Source: Octopus sinensis (Eukaryota). Taken from it: a stretch of DNA of 64,000 nt. The stretch spans positions 15,810,001 through 15,874,000 of the forward strand of contig NC_043013.1 in NCBI RefSeq assembly GCF_006345805.1, read 5' to 3'. Shown here in pieces: positions 12,078 through 25,520 of this stretch. Position 1 is the stretch's first letter; every line of letters starts with the position of its first letter. A model generated the notes under the pieces. The model made no database searches. It was not told where the DNA came from and worked only from the letters and a program-made list of their open reading frames with translations. Both the position numbers and the translations under genes were made by a program.

Positions 12078-13337
12078 TACAGGTGTTGGGCAAAATAATG
12101 GAACCATCTAGCATCATAATTTTGAAATATCTATAAAACCGTTAAAGCTTGTTTATTTTTATGCTTTTTGATTTATCATTAGTGTTGCTTAATATGTTTT
12201 GCTAAAGTTTCTGTTTCTTTTCAGATATCATCAGAAAAAAGTAGTTAAAATTCATTAAAATGAAAGAACTATCGAACTTTCAAAGAGGTCAAATTGTTGG
12301 TGTTTGTATGGCAGGCGCTAGCGTAATGAGAACAGCCAAAATGCTTGGTGTACCAAGAAGTACTGTCCCGAAAGAAATGAGTCTTTGAGAAGAGGTAAAA
12401 ACCTCCTCATCAAAACAAAACTCCAGAAGAAAATCAAAACTTTCAGATAGGGACTGTCGGACTCTTATGCGAATTGTTATAAAGGATCACAAAAGTACAG
12501 CTCCCAAAATTACTGCAGAGCTTAATGACCAACTCGAGAACCCAATTTCCACAAAAACTGTGTGCCAGGAGCTGCACAAAGACGGATTTCATGGGAGGGC
12601 TGCAATCAGAAAACCACTACTTTCAAAAACGAATGTTGCAAAGCGTTTACAGTGGAGTAAAACCTACAGAATTGGTCCCCAGAGCTGTGGAAGAATGTTA
12701 TTTTCTCAAACGAGTCATCTTTTACCCTATTTCCAACCACAAATTGAGTATACATGTGGAAGCATTTGACCCAGACTGCCTTCTTCCAACTGTTAAACGT
12801 GGAGGAGGATCCGTGATGATCTGGATGGGGGGGGGGGCTATATCTTGGAAATCCGCTGGCCCAATGGTTTCCCTTCATGGGAGAATTAATAGTCAAGACT
12901 ATTTAAGCATTTTATCAGATCAAATTCATCCTATGGTTGCAGAACTGTTTCTGAAGGGATACACAATCTTTCAGGATGATAATGCACCAATTCACATGGC
13001 TAAAGTTGTTACTGAATGATACAAGGAACATTCTAGTGAAGTTGAACATCTTATCTGGCCACCACTGTTCCAAGATCTCAATATTATTGAACATCTATGG
13101 TGCATTTTAGAAAAACAAGTAAGGAGTCAATATCCTCCACCACCATCACTACAAGAACTGGAGACTGTTTTAGCTGAAGTATGGACAAAAATTCCTTTGG
13201 AAGCAATTCAAACTTTGTAGGAGTCCACACCTCATAGAATTCAAGCTGCAATTACTGCCAAAGGCAGTCCTACCTCATATTAAAATAAATTTGTTTGAAA
13301 TTTTAAGGTGATTCCATTATTTTGTCCAACCCCTGTA
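12078..13337 (+). mobile_element. Full-length but inactivated Tc1-type transposon with D36E spacing
   Basis: TIRs ta-caggtgttgggcaaaataatggaa / ttccattattttgtccaacccctg-ta with TA TSD; 1.26 kb. Confidence 0.92.
12260..13283 (+). pseudogene. Tc1 transposase pseudogene (frameshifts and stops)
   Basis: MKELSNFQRGQIVG.., GRAAIRKPLLSK, PTVKRGGGSVMIW, FQDDNAPIH..WPPLFQDLNIIEHLW; in-frame TGA at 13017-13019. Confidence 0.9.
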
Positions 13338-13796
13338 CAAAGTGCACATATGACTGAAAATTCATCATCATCATTTTGCATGTTTTTCCATTCTTGCATG
13401 GGTTGAACAAGTCTATTTCAGAGTTTTGCATTTTATCACTTGCAGAACCTTGATCATCTTAATATGCTTCACTAATTCTTCTCATGTCTTCCTTTATTAC
13501 AGGTTTTGACAATTTAGATAACTTGGCATTTCTTTATTCAACTGTCATTTTCCATACGCACTACATGTTTCTACCAGCTTCCTCTTCTTTCTCTCATAGC
13601 CAGTTATTCTTTTTGTGCTTGGTTGTTCATGCAGTGACATTATGAACCCTGTGAAGAATGCTTAAATCTTACTTTCCAACCTTTTCTCATTATCTGCATT
13701 CACAATCCCAAGTTTTGCTACCATAACACTAAACATTTCATTCATACATAAGCAACATACACAAATATTCACTTGTAGAAGGGAGAGAGAGAGAGA

Positions 13797-13832
<36 letters not shown>

Positions 13833-16349
13833 AGCAGCAAAAGTAATAGGGTCTATGAACTTTTCCCACTGCCATACTCAGGCTACTATGCTTTTAAAGT
13901 ACACTACATTGTTAGTTACTAAATAAATGTCAATTTAAAATGGAAAATATTTTGATGAAATATTTTTTTATATGAATATTGTAACCAAAATGTTTGAAGA
14001 CTTACAAAAAAAAAATCAGCAGATTATTATTCTACAAGATGTTTGCTAAGGATATAAATCTAAATAATTATAGACAAAAACATTCATTATTCTCTAAGTA
14101 ACTATTTATTGAAAAGAATATTTACAATAGTACATTTGTAGAAGAATATACAACCTAACATCAAACAAGAACACATATATTTATCAAATTGTCTTAGTAA
14201 TGTAAAATGTGCTAATCAATACCTTTAACAGCAGAACATTGGCTCAATTACAGAAATAAGATTCCTAACTGAATGTAATAAACAATTTAATCAGCCAGCT
14301 ACACACAGCCTATAATTCTCAGATCATTAGTTCATACCACTCTTGAAATGCTAGCACAGTTAAAATTATGCATCCTCTTAGAAGATCATTCACAGTTGTT
14401 ATTTGGTGATTGAAACAGAGCTGTCTTATACAGCATTATTTTACTCAATGCAGAGACCCAGTTTCAATCTAGAGACAGGTACTGCCACACACATAAAAGC
14501 AGCCTTTCAGAAGCTATACATTTCCTATATTCCCAGTCTAACTGCTGTAATTACTTCAATAAATGCACTAAACTAAGAAGTGATTGTAGCAGCATTTCCT
14601 CATGTCTTTTATATACAATGCATGTAACATGTCACAATTTCTCATACACTGACAATTTACAAGGAATGGATGTTAATGGAATTAATTTCATTTCAAATAT
14701 TTCAGATTTCAAGCTTCATATACATGTTTTCTCTTTTCATTTTTACTCATTATTAAGAAAAAAAAATCAATTCAGCACATGCACTCACGTGCAGATTTCC
14801 CCTATTTCACTAGAATTCACAATAGCAAACATTTTCTCTATGATGAACTACATTACAAAAAGAAATGGAAATTCCAATAGAACAAATGATAAAGTGAATA
14901 AAATTGAAATAAATGTATAAGACAATTACTAGATATGTAACATATATTCTGCACATAAAGAGCAAAATCACACACACAGCTATTAGAAAATTAGATAAAC
15001 TTTCCACTTAAGAGAGAAGAGAGTCATTGTAAATGTAAAATATCAAGTTTATAAATAAACACTTGATGTGCTGCAATGAAACACCCTGATAGATAATTAT
15101 TACTTATGTGGCCAAGAGAAGCCTCAGATTTTTTTTTTTTTTGGAAGGTGGGGATTGTAAGAGAAGAAAATATAGGAAGTTGGAAACATTTATATAGAAA
15201 AAAAAATGCTGCAGTAAAGCACATGTATAATTGAACAAATGATAATTATGCAACATGCCATTCAGTTTGGTGTGGTATGCAATAACAAATGCAATAACTG
15301 GAGGGGGTGGGAGATGGGAGGGAGTGAGAGGGAGGAATTCAATTATTTTCTTTTCTAACAGCAATATAAGGGATTAGATTTTGAGAGTGGAAAGAGCAGT
15401 AAATGAAATTCCTTTCCATTTTTATCCCCTATCCTGGTCAACCTTAATCAAGTAGAATATGATTGAAGCATTCTAACCTAGTTTTGGCTATCCACTCATT
15501 TTCACACACTTTTTCTTAGACCACGTTGTCTGTTGTATACTGCCAATAAAATGCTAGCTACTATTTCTAGCAGATCGTTCCAATACAGAAGCTCCAGTGT
15601 AAACCAACTAGCATAGTCTCTATGACCTTGCACTTCTGAAAACATTTAATCCAATAACAGTGGTGGATGGAGGCCTCTTAAGAATGCCCTGAGAAGAAAA
15701 AACTCAACAAATGTTGATCAGATGATATCTGATAAAGAAGGTCAAGAGCTGCTAATGTTGGATTGATGATAATGTCAGAGAAAGAGGTTGAGGGTAGCAC
15801 TATAGAGACAAGCTCACATTTCCATCTTTTACTGCTACTACAACTACTATTACCAAATATTTAACTTGACATAATTCAATTAGTCTTAGGTTTCCTGCTT
15901 GTTACCGAAAGAGAACAATTATTCCCCATTTTCATTGAAGTAGTTTGAGGATTTCCCAACTGCCCTTCTTTAAAGTATTTTGTTGAAGTTTTATTTTTTT
16001 ATGGTATCTACGTTCTGGGTTCAAATTTTCCTATGGTCAACTTTGCTAGTTATCCTCTCAGGTAAATAAAATAAGTGTATCCTTACATAAAATTGTGGTT
16101 TTGTACCTGTGTTAGAAATTACTATTACTATTATCATTAAGGCGACATTTTTTCTGGCTCATTACATTCTGAGTTCATATTTCGCTGGAGTAATCTTTTC
16201 CTCTCATCCCTCCAGGGTAAAAAAAATACAAGTACCAATCAAGTATTGGGGTCAATGTAATCCACTTAACCCTATGCTAACCCTGCACCAAAATAAGAAG
16301 GAATTATTAATATTATTAGAGAAATGGCAGAATCATTAACATGTTTTTA

Positions 16350-16752
16350 ATTCTGTATTGCCCACAAGGGGCTAAACATAGAAGGGACAAACAAGGACAG
16401 AGAAAGGGACTAAGTCAATTACATCGACCCCAGTGCATAACTGGTACTTATTTAACTGACCCCAAAAGGATGAAAGGCATGGCAGAATTTGAACTTAGAA
16501 TGTAGTAGCAGACGAAATACCTATTTCTTTACTGCCCACAAGAGGCTACACACAGAGAGGACAAACAAGGACAGACAAATGGATTAAGTTGATTATATCG
16601 ACCCCAGTCCGTAACTGGTACTTATTTAATCGACCCCGAAAGGATGGAAGGCAAAGCTGACCTCGGCGGAATTTGAACTCAAAATGTAGCGGCAAACAAA
16701 ATACCGCTAAGCATTTCACCTGGCATTCTAACAATTCTGCCAGCTCGCCACT
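16350..16752 (-). mobile_element. SINE family B head-to-tail dimer
   Basis: Reverse complement of ggcgagctggcagaat..gagttcaaattcc..ccccttgtggg; second unit starts at gaaatag|gtatttcg junction (16520/16521). Confidence 0.8.
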
Positions 16753-18402
16753 TTCATTAGCACATTGTTCAGTTCTTTATGTTTGGAGTTCAAATTGTCA
16801 AGAGGTCAATGTTGCTTCTAGCTTTCAGGGGTTGTGGAGTCAATGGTATCGACTGTTCTCACTCTCCTCAAAATTACAAGCTTTGTGCCTCAATCAAAAT
16901 CATTATGTTCTGATTTCAGATAGCATTAGGATCAGCTTGGCTTGCTTTCTTCAATAAAATGCATTAGAAAATACATTTTATTTCATTAATGTATTGAGGT
17001 CAATTAAGCAATAAAGCCAAATTTTTAAAAGATCCAAAATACTTTTACCACTGAGCTAACAAATTAATTTCTAACAAGTTTCTCCAATTACCTTTGCAAA
17101 TGAAAACAAAATAATTCTAGATAAGAATGTGTGAGTGTATGTGTGTATAAATGTATAACCATCATCATCAGTCAAATTTGTAAATCACAAAGAGACATTT
17201 GATATGGAGATAGACATGAAGAAATGAAGATGGATGCTGCAAAGTAGACAGTCAAGGGACAGTAAGGAAGAGAGAGGGAGAGGGGAAAGAGAGACAGACA
17301 GAGACAGAAGGTACGTAATTAAATTCATACTATAGTTTAATGCATCTTTCCAATTAACAGTGCTTCATTAAGATACCTGTGTGAAAGTATTGTGTAGATT
17401 TAATTACATAGCTACACATAACAGACTCCATATTCTTTGCTATAGTAAGAATTGAACAGTCAAACGTTTATGTATTTATGCACATAACTACAACACACAT
17501 ATAGAGAGTTTGACTACATTATCTAAAGCATCCTTTTGTCTTTTTAAGACATGTGATGTCATAAATGTTTGACTGCTGCTATTTCTACCAGGACCAGCAA
17601 ATAAGATGCCAATGTTGTTACTGTTGCTCAATCTAAAGCTGGCCTAACTCCAGCTGACCTATGACCACAAATGTTTCAGCAGTGACCATTCTAGTTTTAT
17701 TTCAGACCTACAGTATCTAGAACTACATTATTCAATGTATCCATTCTTTTTAAAAGTCCAGTGGAATTTCAGAAAGATCTGGATGACATTTCTAGAAGGC
17801 CAAATGATCCCACAGACGTCCCCATTATAGTATGGTAAGCAACGACAATTCAAACAAATACATTTTGCAGGAACTCAATTCAGCATATGTAACAAAGACG
17901 GTCAACCACTATGTGGTAGTTTAAGCTGCTAGAGACAGTAGTTAATCATTCTCAAAAATCATACTATACAGTATTAAAAAGAAAAACAATATGTTGTTGA
18001 ACAAAGTCTCTGATACACAAAAATGTAGGGTGGTCATGGTTGAAGTACCTTTGCCAACCTAGGGAAGAAGAGGAACAGAAAATCACAGATCTACTTAAAG
18101 ATGTGAATTGTGTCTACTCTACTGACATACAATATATATTATGGACATTTAGAATAATGTCTGTTACACTGCTGTACAAGGTATGATAGAGATGTTCACC
18201 ATTTTCTGAGCATTTACAGTTTATTTCAAGCACAATATTTAAAAGTCTCTGGAGGTGTATGTTATTCAGCATTGCTAAACAGCAGTTTGAAATATCACAT
18301 GAACATGAGGTATGTTGTCAACTGCCAGTAGATTAGGAAAGAGGGAACAGATGGATGATTACCACATAGAGATAGAGGGGAGGAAGACAACTGATATCAA
18401 AT

Positions 18403-18782
18403 AGATGCAGCCAATTAAACAAATGTCAGACAGATACAACCAGCTAAACAGACGTCAGACAGATGCAGCCAGCTAAACAGATGTCAGACAGATGCTGCCA
18501 GCTAAACAGACGTCAGACAGATGCAGCCAGCTAAACAGATGTCAGACAGATGCTGCCAGCTAAACAGACGTCAGACAGATGCAGCCAGCTAAACAGACGT
18601 CAGACAGATGCAGCTAGCTAAATAGACGTCAGACAGATGCAGCCAGCTAAACAGACGTCAGACAGATGCAGCCAGCTAAACAGACGTCAGACAGATGCAG
18701 TCAGCTAAACAGACGTCAGACACATGCAGTCAGCTAAACAGACGTCAGACAGGCGCAACCAGCTAAACAAACATCAGATAGA
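18403..18782. repeat. 29-bp minisatellite, about 13 copies
   Basis: Unit cagccagctaaacagacgtcagacagatg; period 29 (gtcagac at 18425 and 18454). Confidence 0.95.
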
Positions 18783-18794
18783 TCATCTGTAACC

Positions 18795-19720
18795 ACCCTC
18801 ATCATTTAATGTCTATTTTCCATGCGGGCGTGGGTTGGACAGCTTAACAGGAGCTGGTCAGCTGAACCGACTCCAATTATCTGTCATGATATTTCTACAG
18901 CTGGATGCCCCTCCTGATGCCAACTACTTTACAGAATGTGCTGGGTGCCTTTTACATGATAACATCAAGGGTGTGCTTATGCAGCACTGACACAGGTGTG
19001 TTAATACAGCACTGACACAGCTGCTTTCTAAGAGGTACCAGCATCTGAAAGGACCAGTCTGAGTGTGTGGAAGACAGCGATTTTACTTAGCTTGACATGA
19101 CTTATCAAGTACAGAAAACCACCACATCTCCCAATCTCTTGTCATTTCCTCAGTGAGGCTCAGCATCTGAAGATCCTTTTTCACCACTTTGTCCCACATC
19201 TTCCTGGGTCTACTTCTTCCACAATTAGAGATCGGCACTTCTTTATAGAGCTGTCCTCATCCATACGCATCACATGAGCAGACCAGCGAAGTTTTCTCTC
19301 TAGAACACCTGATACCCCTTATATCCAATTTTCCTCTTAAATCATTTACACTCTGTAGTGCATGTACAGTGACATTACCAATCAAGCAGGGCAATGCTAG
19401 CTTCATTTTTTTGAGCCTTTGCAAGTCCTCTGTAATTAAAGTCCATATTTCACTGCTATGTAACATAGCTGTACATACACAGGCATCATACAATCTACCT
19501 TTCACTCTGAGGGAGAGGCCCTTAATTACCAACAAAGGTAGAATCTTTCTGAACTTTACCCAGCCCATTCTTATTCTAGCAACTACACTTTCACAACTTC
19601 CTCCTCCATTGCTAACTTGGTCGCCTAGGTAACAAGCTATCTACCACTTCTAACGATTCCCTCAAGCATTTGAGGGAGTCTATTGCCTATGCATTTTTAG
19701 TGCTTATTGCACCTGCACAT
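18795..19720 (-). mobile_element. Decayed 3' part of an RTE LINE
   Basis: ORF 19257-19568 (WVKFRKILPLLVIKGLSLRVKGRLYDACV..) matches the C-terminus of the RTE ORF at 56667-57839; followed by the same 3' UTR/tail. Confidence 0.88.
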
Positions 19721-22700
19721 TTGTCACACACAAAGATTATATATAGAAAAATAAACCATTTGATGACAGGTCTACTCATTCAAGGGCTGACCTGCAACTA
19801 AACAACATGTCATTTTAGTGTAAATGAATATATAACAATATGTATTTAAGTGAAACATGCTACAATTTATTTTTTTATACACTGTAAATATGTACCTACG
19901 CACACACAAACACGTATATATATATGTGTGTGTGTGGATGTATGATTGTATATATGTATGCATATATATGGAATACGTGTGCATGCATGTCTATATGCAT
20001 GTATATATGTATGCGTATTCTTTACAGACAAATACCACTTTGTCAATCAAATAGAAAAGAGACCATATGCACACAGCTGATCCCCTTGCATCATTGGTCT
20101 ATTTAATTGAGTTAGAAAGGAACAAAGCAGAAACAAATCTTCACTTATGTGTATACGAGTGTGTGTATATGTGGGTGATGTTTTGTTTACGCGGCTTTAA
20201 AGATAAAGCATCTGACAAACCATGGAAAGAACTCGACACTGATAAACAGAGTGGATAATTTAACAAATGTATTGAAGATTAATTGCTACACTTGGACAGA
20301 TGTTTCACTCACCACCAGTAAAGACTCTCGATCATTAAACAGGTACAACTGTTCTCATACATAGCTAACTGAATCCAAAACTAAAGGGAAACTGTCAGAT
20401 CATGATCTTGAGGAGGAGGAGGGTCCTTAAGTGTGAGGAACAGTATATATAATAGACAATCATATGTTTGTAACAAAACTATAAAGTGTAAGATAAAAAT
20501 CTTAAAGTTTGGCAAAGGATTGTAATGTCATTTTTATAAGATTTCAATGATTGTTTATTTTTAAAACAGCATTGTGGGGTAAGTATGAAGGGCTAGATCT
20601 GATCAGTTTGAATATATAAAACTAGTAGAATATTTGGTGTGGACATGGCCAGTTTAAATGCTAAAAGGTTGATAAAATAGTAGGAATTCCATCAATATAC
20701 ATGGTGAACCCATCTCTCTAGGTCTGACCATAGCTGATTTCTCCCAGAAAGAAAAAACAGGAGAAAGAGAAGAATCAACTTTAGTATTTGACCAGTACTT
20801 CGAAAGGGGTGACCTCAGTGAAATTTGAATATGGAGTACAGAGAAATGGAATGAATGATTATCACAAAGCAATTCATCCAAAGCCCCAACCAATTGGCCA
20901 CCTATTCTACTTAATGTTTCAACATAATTAAAACTTAACAGAAATGATATGGATGATCTACAAGATGGAATCTGATTTCACATACCCATCATAAGCAGCA
21001 GCACCTACACTATCATTTCTATCCAAGCTATTCATTATTGAAGTTTATTCATGCTTTATGCTAAAATCATTCCATATTAAACTTTACATTTTAATTTCAT
21101 GTGTATGAATCTTTTGATGATGTTCAATATGTATACATGAAGATTCGTTTTTTTTTTTCTTTTCTTTAATGTAATGTATTTGTCAAATGAGATAAAGTTA
21201 ATAAAAATTTATCAATGTGTGTATACTGAAGAAGTGAACTATCTGTATGTTTTATAGATTCTGAGGTAACATGTTGAGATTGTTTATTGATAAATATTAC
21301 TTGCAAATAGAATCTCATAGATTTTGACTGATGATGCTGCGTTCATGGTGTATGAGTAAGCTTGTTTTTCAATTCCCATATGAATGAAGACTGAGAATTG
21401 TCTAATGGTTAGAAAGGTCTGTATTCGTTAGAGAGAACTTTAAAAGAGTTTGATGTTAGTCCTATTTTGAATGTGTTGTTTGAATTTCTTGTTTATATAT
21501 TATCTATTTCACTACAGTTTTGACTTTGGTGGGAAGTTTCGTCTGGCTAGTGCAATTCCAGTTTTGGTTGATGTTGCCCAACATTGGTTTCTTTTGTGGA
21601 GGTTGGGAGAAGTGAAGTTGGAAGTAATTCAGTGGGCAAGTTTAACATTATTTTCATTAAATAATTTATTGTATCTATGGAAAGGGTGGAAACATATATC
21701 AATTTGAAACATATGTTCTACTGTAGTTCTAAGTGCATTGTTGAAAGGGGACTATACCAAATGATGTTCTGTTTTGTTTTACCGTTTTGAGTATTTCTCT
21801 TATTTACATATGTTAATTTTCCTTGTACCTGCTTTTAGCCAATGCATCACTGTAATATGTTGCATTAAGAATATCAACTTATTGGCTGAAAATTTTCACT
21901 GTCTCCCTCTTTGTGACTTTTATCTGTGAAACCTCATTTATGCAGAAAAAAATCTAATAGCTTGTTGAACATAGTAAATTTCTTAGTGAAGCCGAAGTGA
22001 ACCAGTTTCAACTGAGTGAATATTTTTAGCTACTTTTATCATCATTCTTACAGCTTTGCCCTTAACTGGAATGAATTGTATAAATCTCCTCCCTACTGAA
22101 CACCAGTGAAAGCATGACTATTCGCATAAATAATGCTCATCTATCAGCTCCGGCCATTAATTTTGACCAGTATGATCTCTTCAAAATATACAATGCAAAG
22201 TAATCATGTACCTTCTCTACATCAAGAAATCTGTTCCTGCTCATTCTTTCATATTTTAACCTCCAATCTCCTAGCATAAAGTCACTTCCCTCTCTACTGT
22301 AGCTTCACTCAGTTGGGATCTTAGTCTTGTGAGTTACCTCACTAGTGCTGGGACCACAAGAAAATGCACCCAGTACACTCTCTAAAGTGGTTGGCATTCG
22401 GGAGAGCATCCCACCAAAGTAACAATGCCAAAAGAGATGTTGGAAAACAATGTAGTTCTCTAACCTGTCTAACTATCAAACTCAGTGTGGAAGATGTTAA
22501 AAACATTTAACAACTCAAAATAATTTTCAAGCCTTTCTTTACAGCAATAGTGTTAGCTACAGCACTTTTGTCATTCTGTATAAACATTATAAGTACCAGG
22601 AGAGATAACATCTTCTGGGTAGTTTCTTCATATTTAATACATTGCCATGTTTCCTGTATCATCATCATTGTTTTAATGTCTGCATCTCCATGATTGCATG

Positions 22701-23699
22701 GACTAGATGGAATTTGCTGGAGTGTATTTTTTGATGGACAACAAACTGTTTCCAAGTAAGATGATAATTCCCCATGACAAGATATGTTTCCACATAAGGC
22801 TGGAAACAAATGACACTGCTTATACAACAGTGTCACTCATTTACAGCTGTCATACAATATAAAGACAAGGAGGCACATCCACAACACACGAGTTTCTTTC
22901 AGTTTCCCTTTACCAAATCCACTTACAAGGTTTTCGTTGACCCAGAGCTAGAGAAGAAGACACTAGCTTAAAGTATCATGCAGTAAGACTAAACCCAAAG
23001 CAATATGGCTGGGAAGCAAACATTTTAACCATATAGGTTGTTCTTTTTAACTTTTAAAGAAAAACCAAAAATTATATCATTTGAAAAAATGCTCTCCCGA
23101 ATGCCAACCACTTTCAAACAAACATGTAATAACTTTTAATCATTTCTTAGAAAAGCAAAGTCCAAAAAGTAATTTGATTTGTTCTTAACTATAACATTTC
23201 ATGTTTTTGTTTTTCTTTTCAAAATTAAAATTACTGTAATATTGTCACGAGTGAAATTGATATTGGCAGGGGGGGGGGTAAGAAAAGTGAATTTAAGTTT
23301 AAATATGAAGACAGGATGCAACAGAGGATAGATTGTATGTTGCCTGTTTACGAAGTGTAGTACTACATGGTAGTGAGACATGGGCACTGAAGATAGGATG
23401 TGCAAGTATCGGAGAGAAATAAAGCAAGTATGCTTTGCTGGATTGTAGTGCTAAGTATGAATAAATGTGGTAATAGAGGAGCTGAGAGATAAACAGCAGA
23501 GATTAGTCACAGTATGCAAGAAGGAAGACCACATTACTATGGCTAGGTGATATGTATGGATGATATAGGACTAACACTCAAGATGCTTGAGCTGCAGATG
23601 GTAATGGAGTGGTTAGATGCAAACACCTGGTCATGTGTGAGAACCCCATTAACTGTTATCAAACAATCACACATTTCCTTTCAGGTGCACAAAACAGCT

Positions 23700-25520
23700 C
23701 TCAGGCATCATCTCTTACATCACAAGTTATCCTTTAATCAGGTAAAAAAAAAATCTTCAAGGCTGCAACTATCAATGTTGGCACACTGAGGTAAATATGA
23801 TGAGATTATAGAGATGTTTTGAGTAAGGATGAGTAGATATGTTACATGCAAGAGGTGGGATGGAGGTGAACCTCAGCCAGACTTTCCACATACAAAGAAC
23901 ATTGGTTCAAATTCTTCTGGGTAGGTAACAATGATAGTTTAGGTGTAGTAGGCATACTGGTGGCTGAAAACGGATAATGCAACTGAAGAAATTAGAATAT
24001 GTAATTAAGCTTAGACTAGTAGGCAAATTAATAGCAACTGTTATCTCTGCTTATATATCACAACCAAGACTGGTTGACATGGTAAAAGGACTCCTGTTAT
24101 GATGTACTTTTGTGAGCCACTTTGATAACAAATAACAGCTACATCATTATTTTGGCTGGTGTCTTTACTGAACATATTGGGTACACTGAATGGCTGTCTA
24201 AGTACATAGTGGCTATAGACATGGTTGTATGAGGAAGGATCAAGGCTTCTAGTTTTGTGATGCAAATGAACTGTCCATTAGCAAACAAGGATTTCAAGAA
24301 ATTAACTAAACACTTGATTATTTTCCAACCAGGCAAATATGCAAGTCAAAGAGTAGGTGTTCATTAAGGCTCTCAATCCCTTCCTATTCATACTTCTCCA
24401 AGCTATAACAGATGAAATGGGTACTCTTTCATACCTAGTCCTTACAGCAGAGCTTGTGAAAGACTTAGAGAATTCTAGACATGGAAGCAAAATCTGGCAT
24501 TCAAAGGCCTAATAGTAAACTTGGTGAAGACCATTTAGAAATGATTCTTCTATCATTTGGGAAATGGTCAAGCATGATAGTAGGAACTCCATGTACTGTA
24601 CACAATATGAACTATGTACAGAGTAGTGAGATTATAAACAGGCAGATGATGAATAAAAACTTTGTAAGATGCAGATATACAAAATAGTTAGCAGTCAGAG
24701 CAGCAGTAAAATAAATATCTTTCAGTGCTTAAAAGGCTCTGTAGGAGTAACGAAATTGTTTATTACCTGGGCAACATAATCAACAACAGAGGAAGCACAG
24801 TTACCATAATAAAGCACAGTAAACATAATAAAGATAGGACAAAATAAGTTCAGAGAGCTATTGCTTCGGTAAGTAACAAATAGATTCTTTTTCAAGTGAA
24901 GGTTAGATTGTATGTTATGTGTGTACATAGTGCAATGTTGCATGGTAGCAAGACATGGGTACTGAACATAGAGGATGTGTAAAGACGGGAAAGAAACAAA
25001 ACATGCAGGATCTGCTGCATATACAATGTTAATATGCATGAATGACTTGGTGCAAATGAGCTAACAGATAAACTAAGTATAAAGGAATCAGTTTTAATGT
25101 GCAAAAATGAAGATAGCATTGCTTCAGATGTGATGCATATAGAGGATAAAAAAATGAGTAAAGAAGTGCCAGGATATCCATAAAGGTAATTATGGAAGAG
25201 GAAGACCAAAGAGGACATAGACAAAAGTGGTTACAAGCTGATTTGAGGAGATGACAAAGAAACACAAGAGAAGCAAGATGTTGTGCTGGAAAGAACCTGT
25301 CCAACTCATAGGAAAGCAGATGTAAACGTATGAGAGAGGAGACTGCATTGGTACGGGCATGTAATGTGGATGGAAGATGACAGCTGCATAAGCAAATGCC
25401 AAGTGCTCAAAGTGAATGGTACCAGAGGGAGAGGGAGAACAAGAACAGTATGGGATGCGGTGGTGAAAAATGATCTCAAGATTTTATATCTGATGACGGA
25501 GATTATTCAAGACGATATGT
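23700..25520 (+). mobile_element. Highly decayed RTE LINE remnants
   Basis: Patchy similarity to the RTE copy, e.g. cccttcctattcatacttctccaagctataacagatgaa (RT region) and gactgcattggtacgggcatgtaatg (LRWYGHV region). Confidence 0.6.

Noticed and set aside
18403-18782. CRISPR array (29-bp repeats)
   Set aside because: Repeats are contiguous with no unique spacers, there are no cas genes, and the context is eukaryotic
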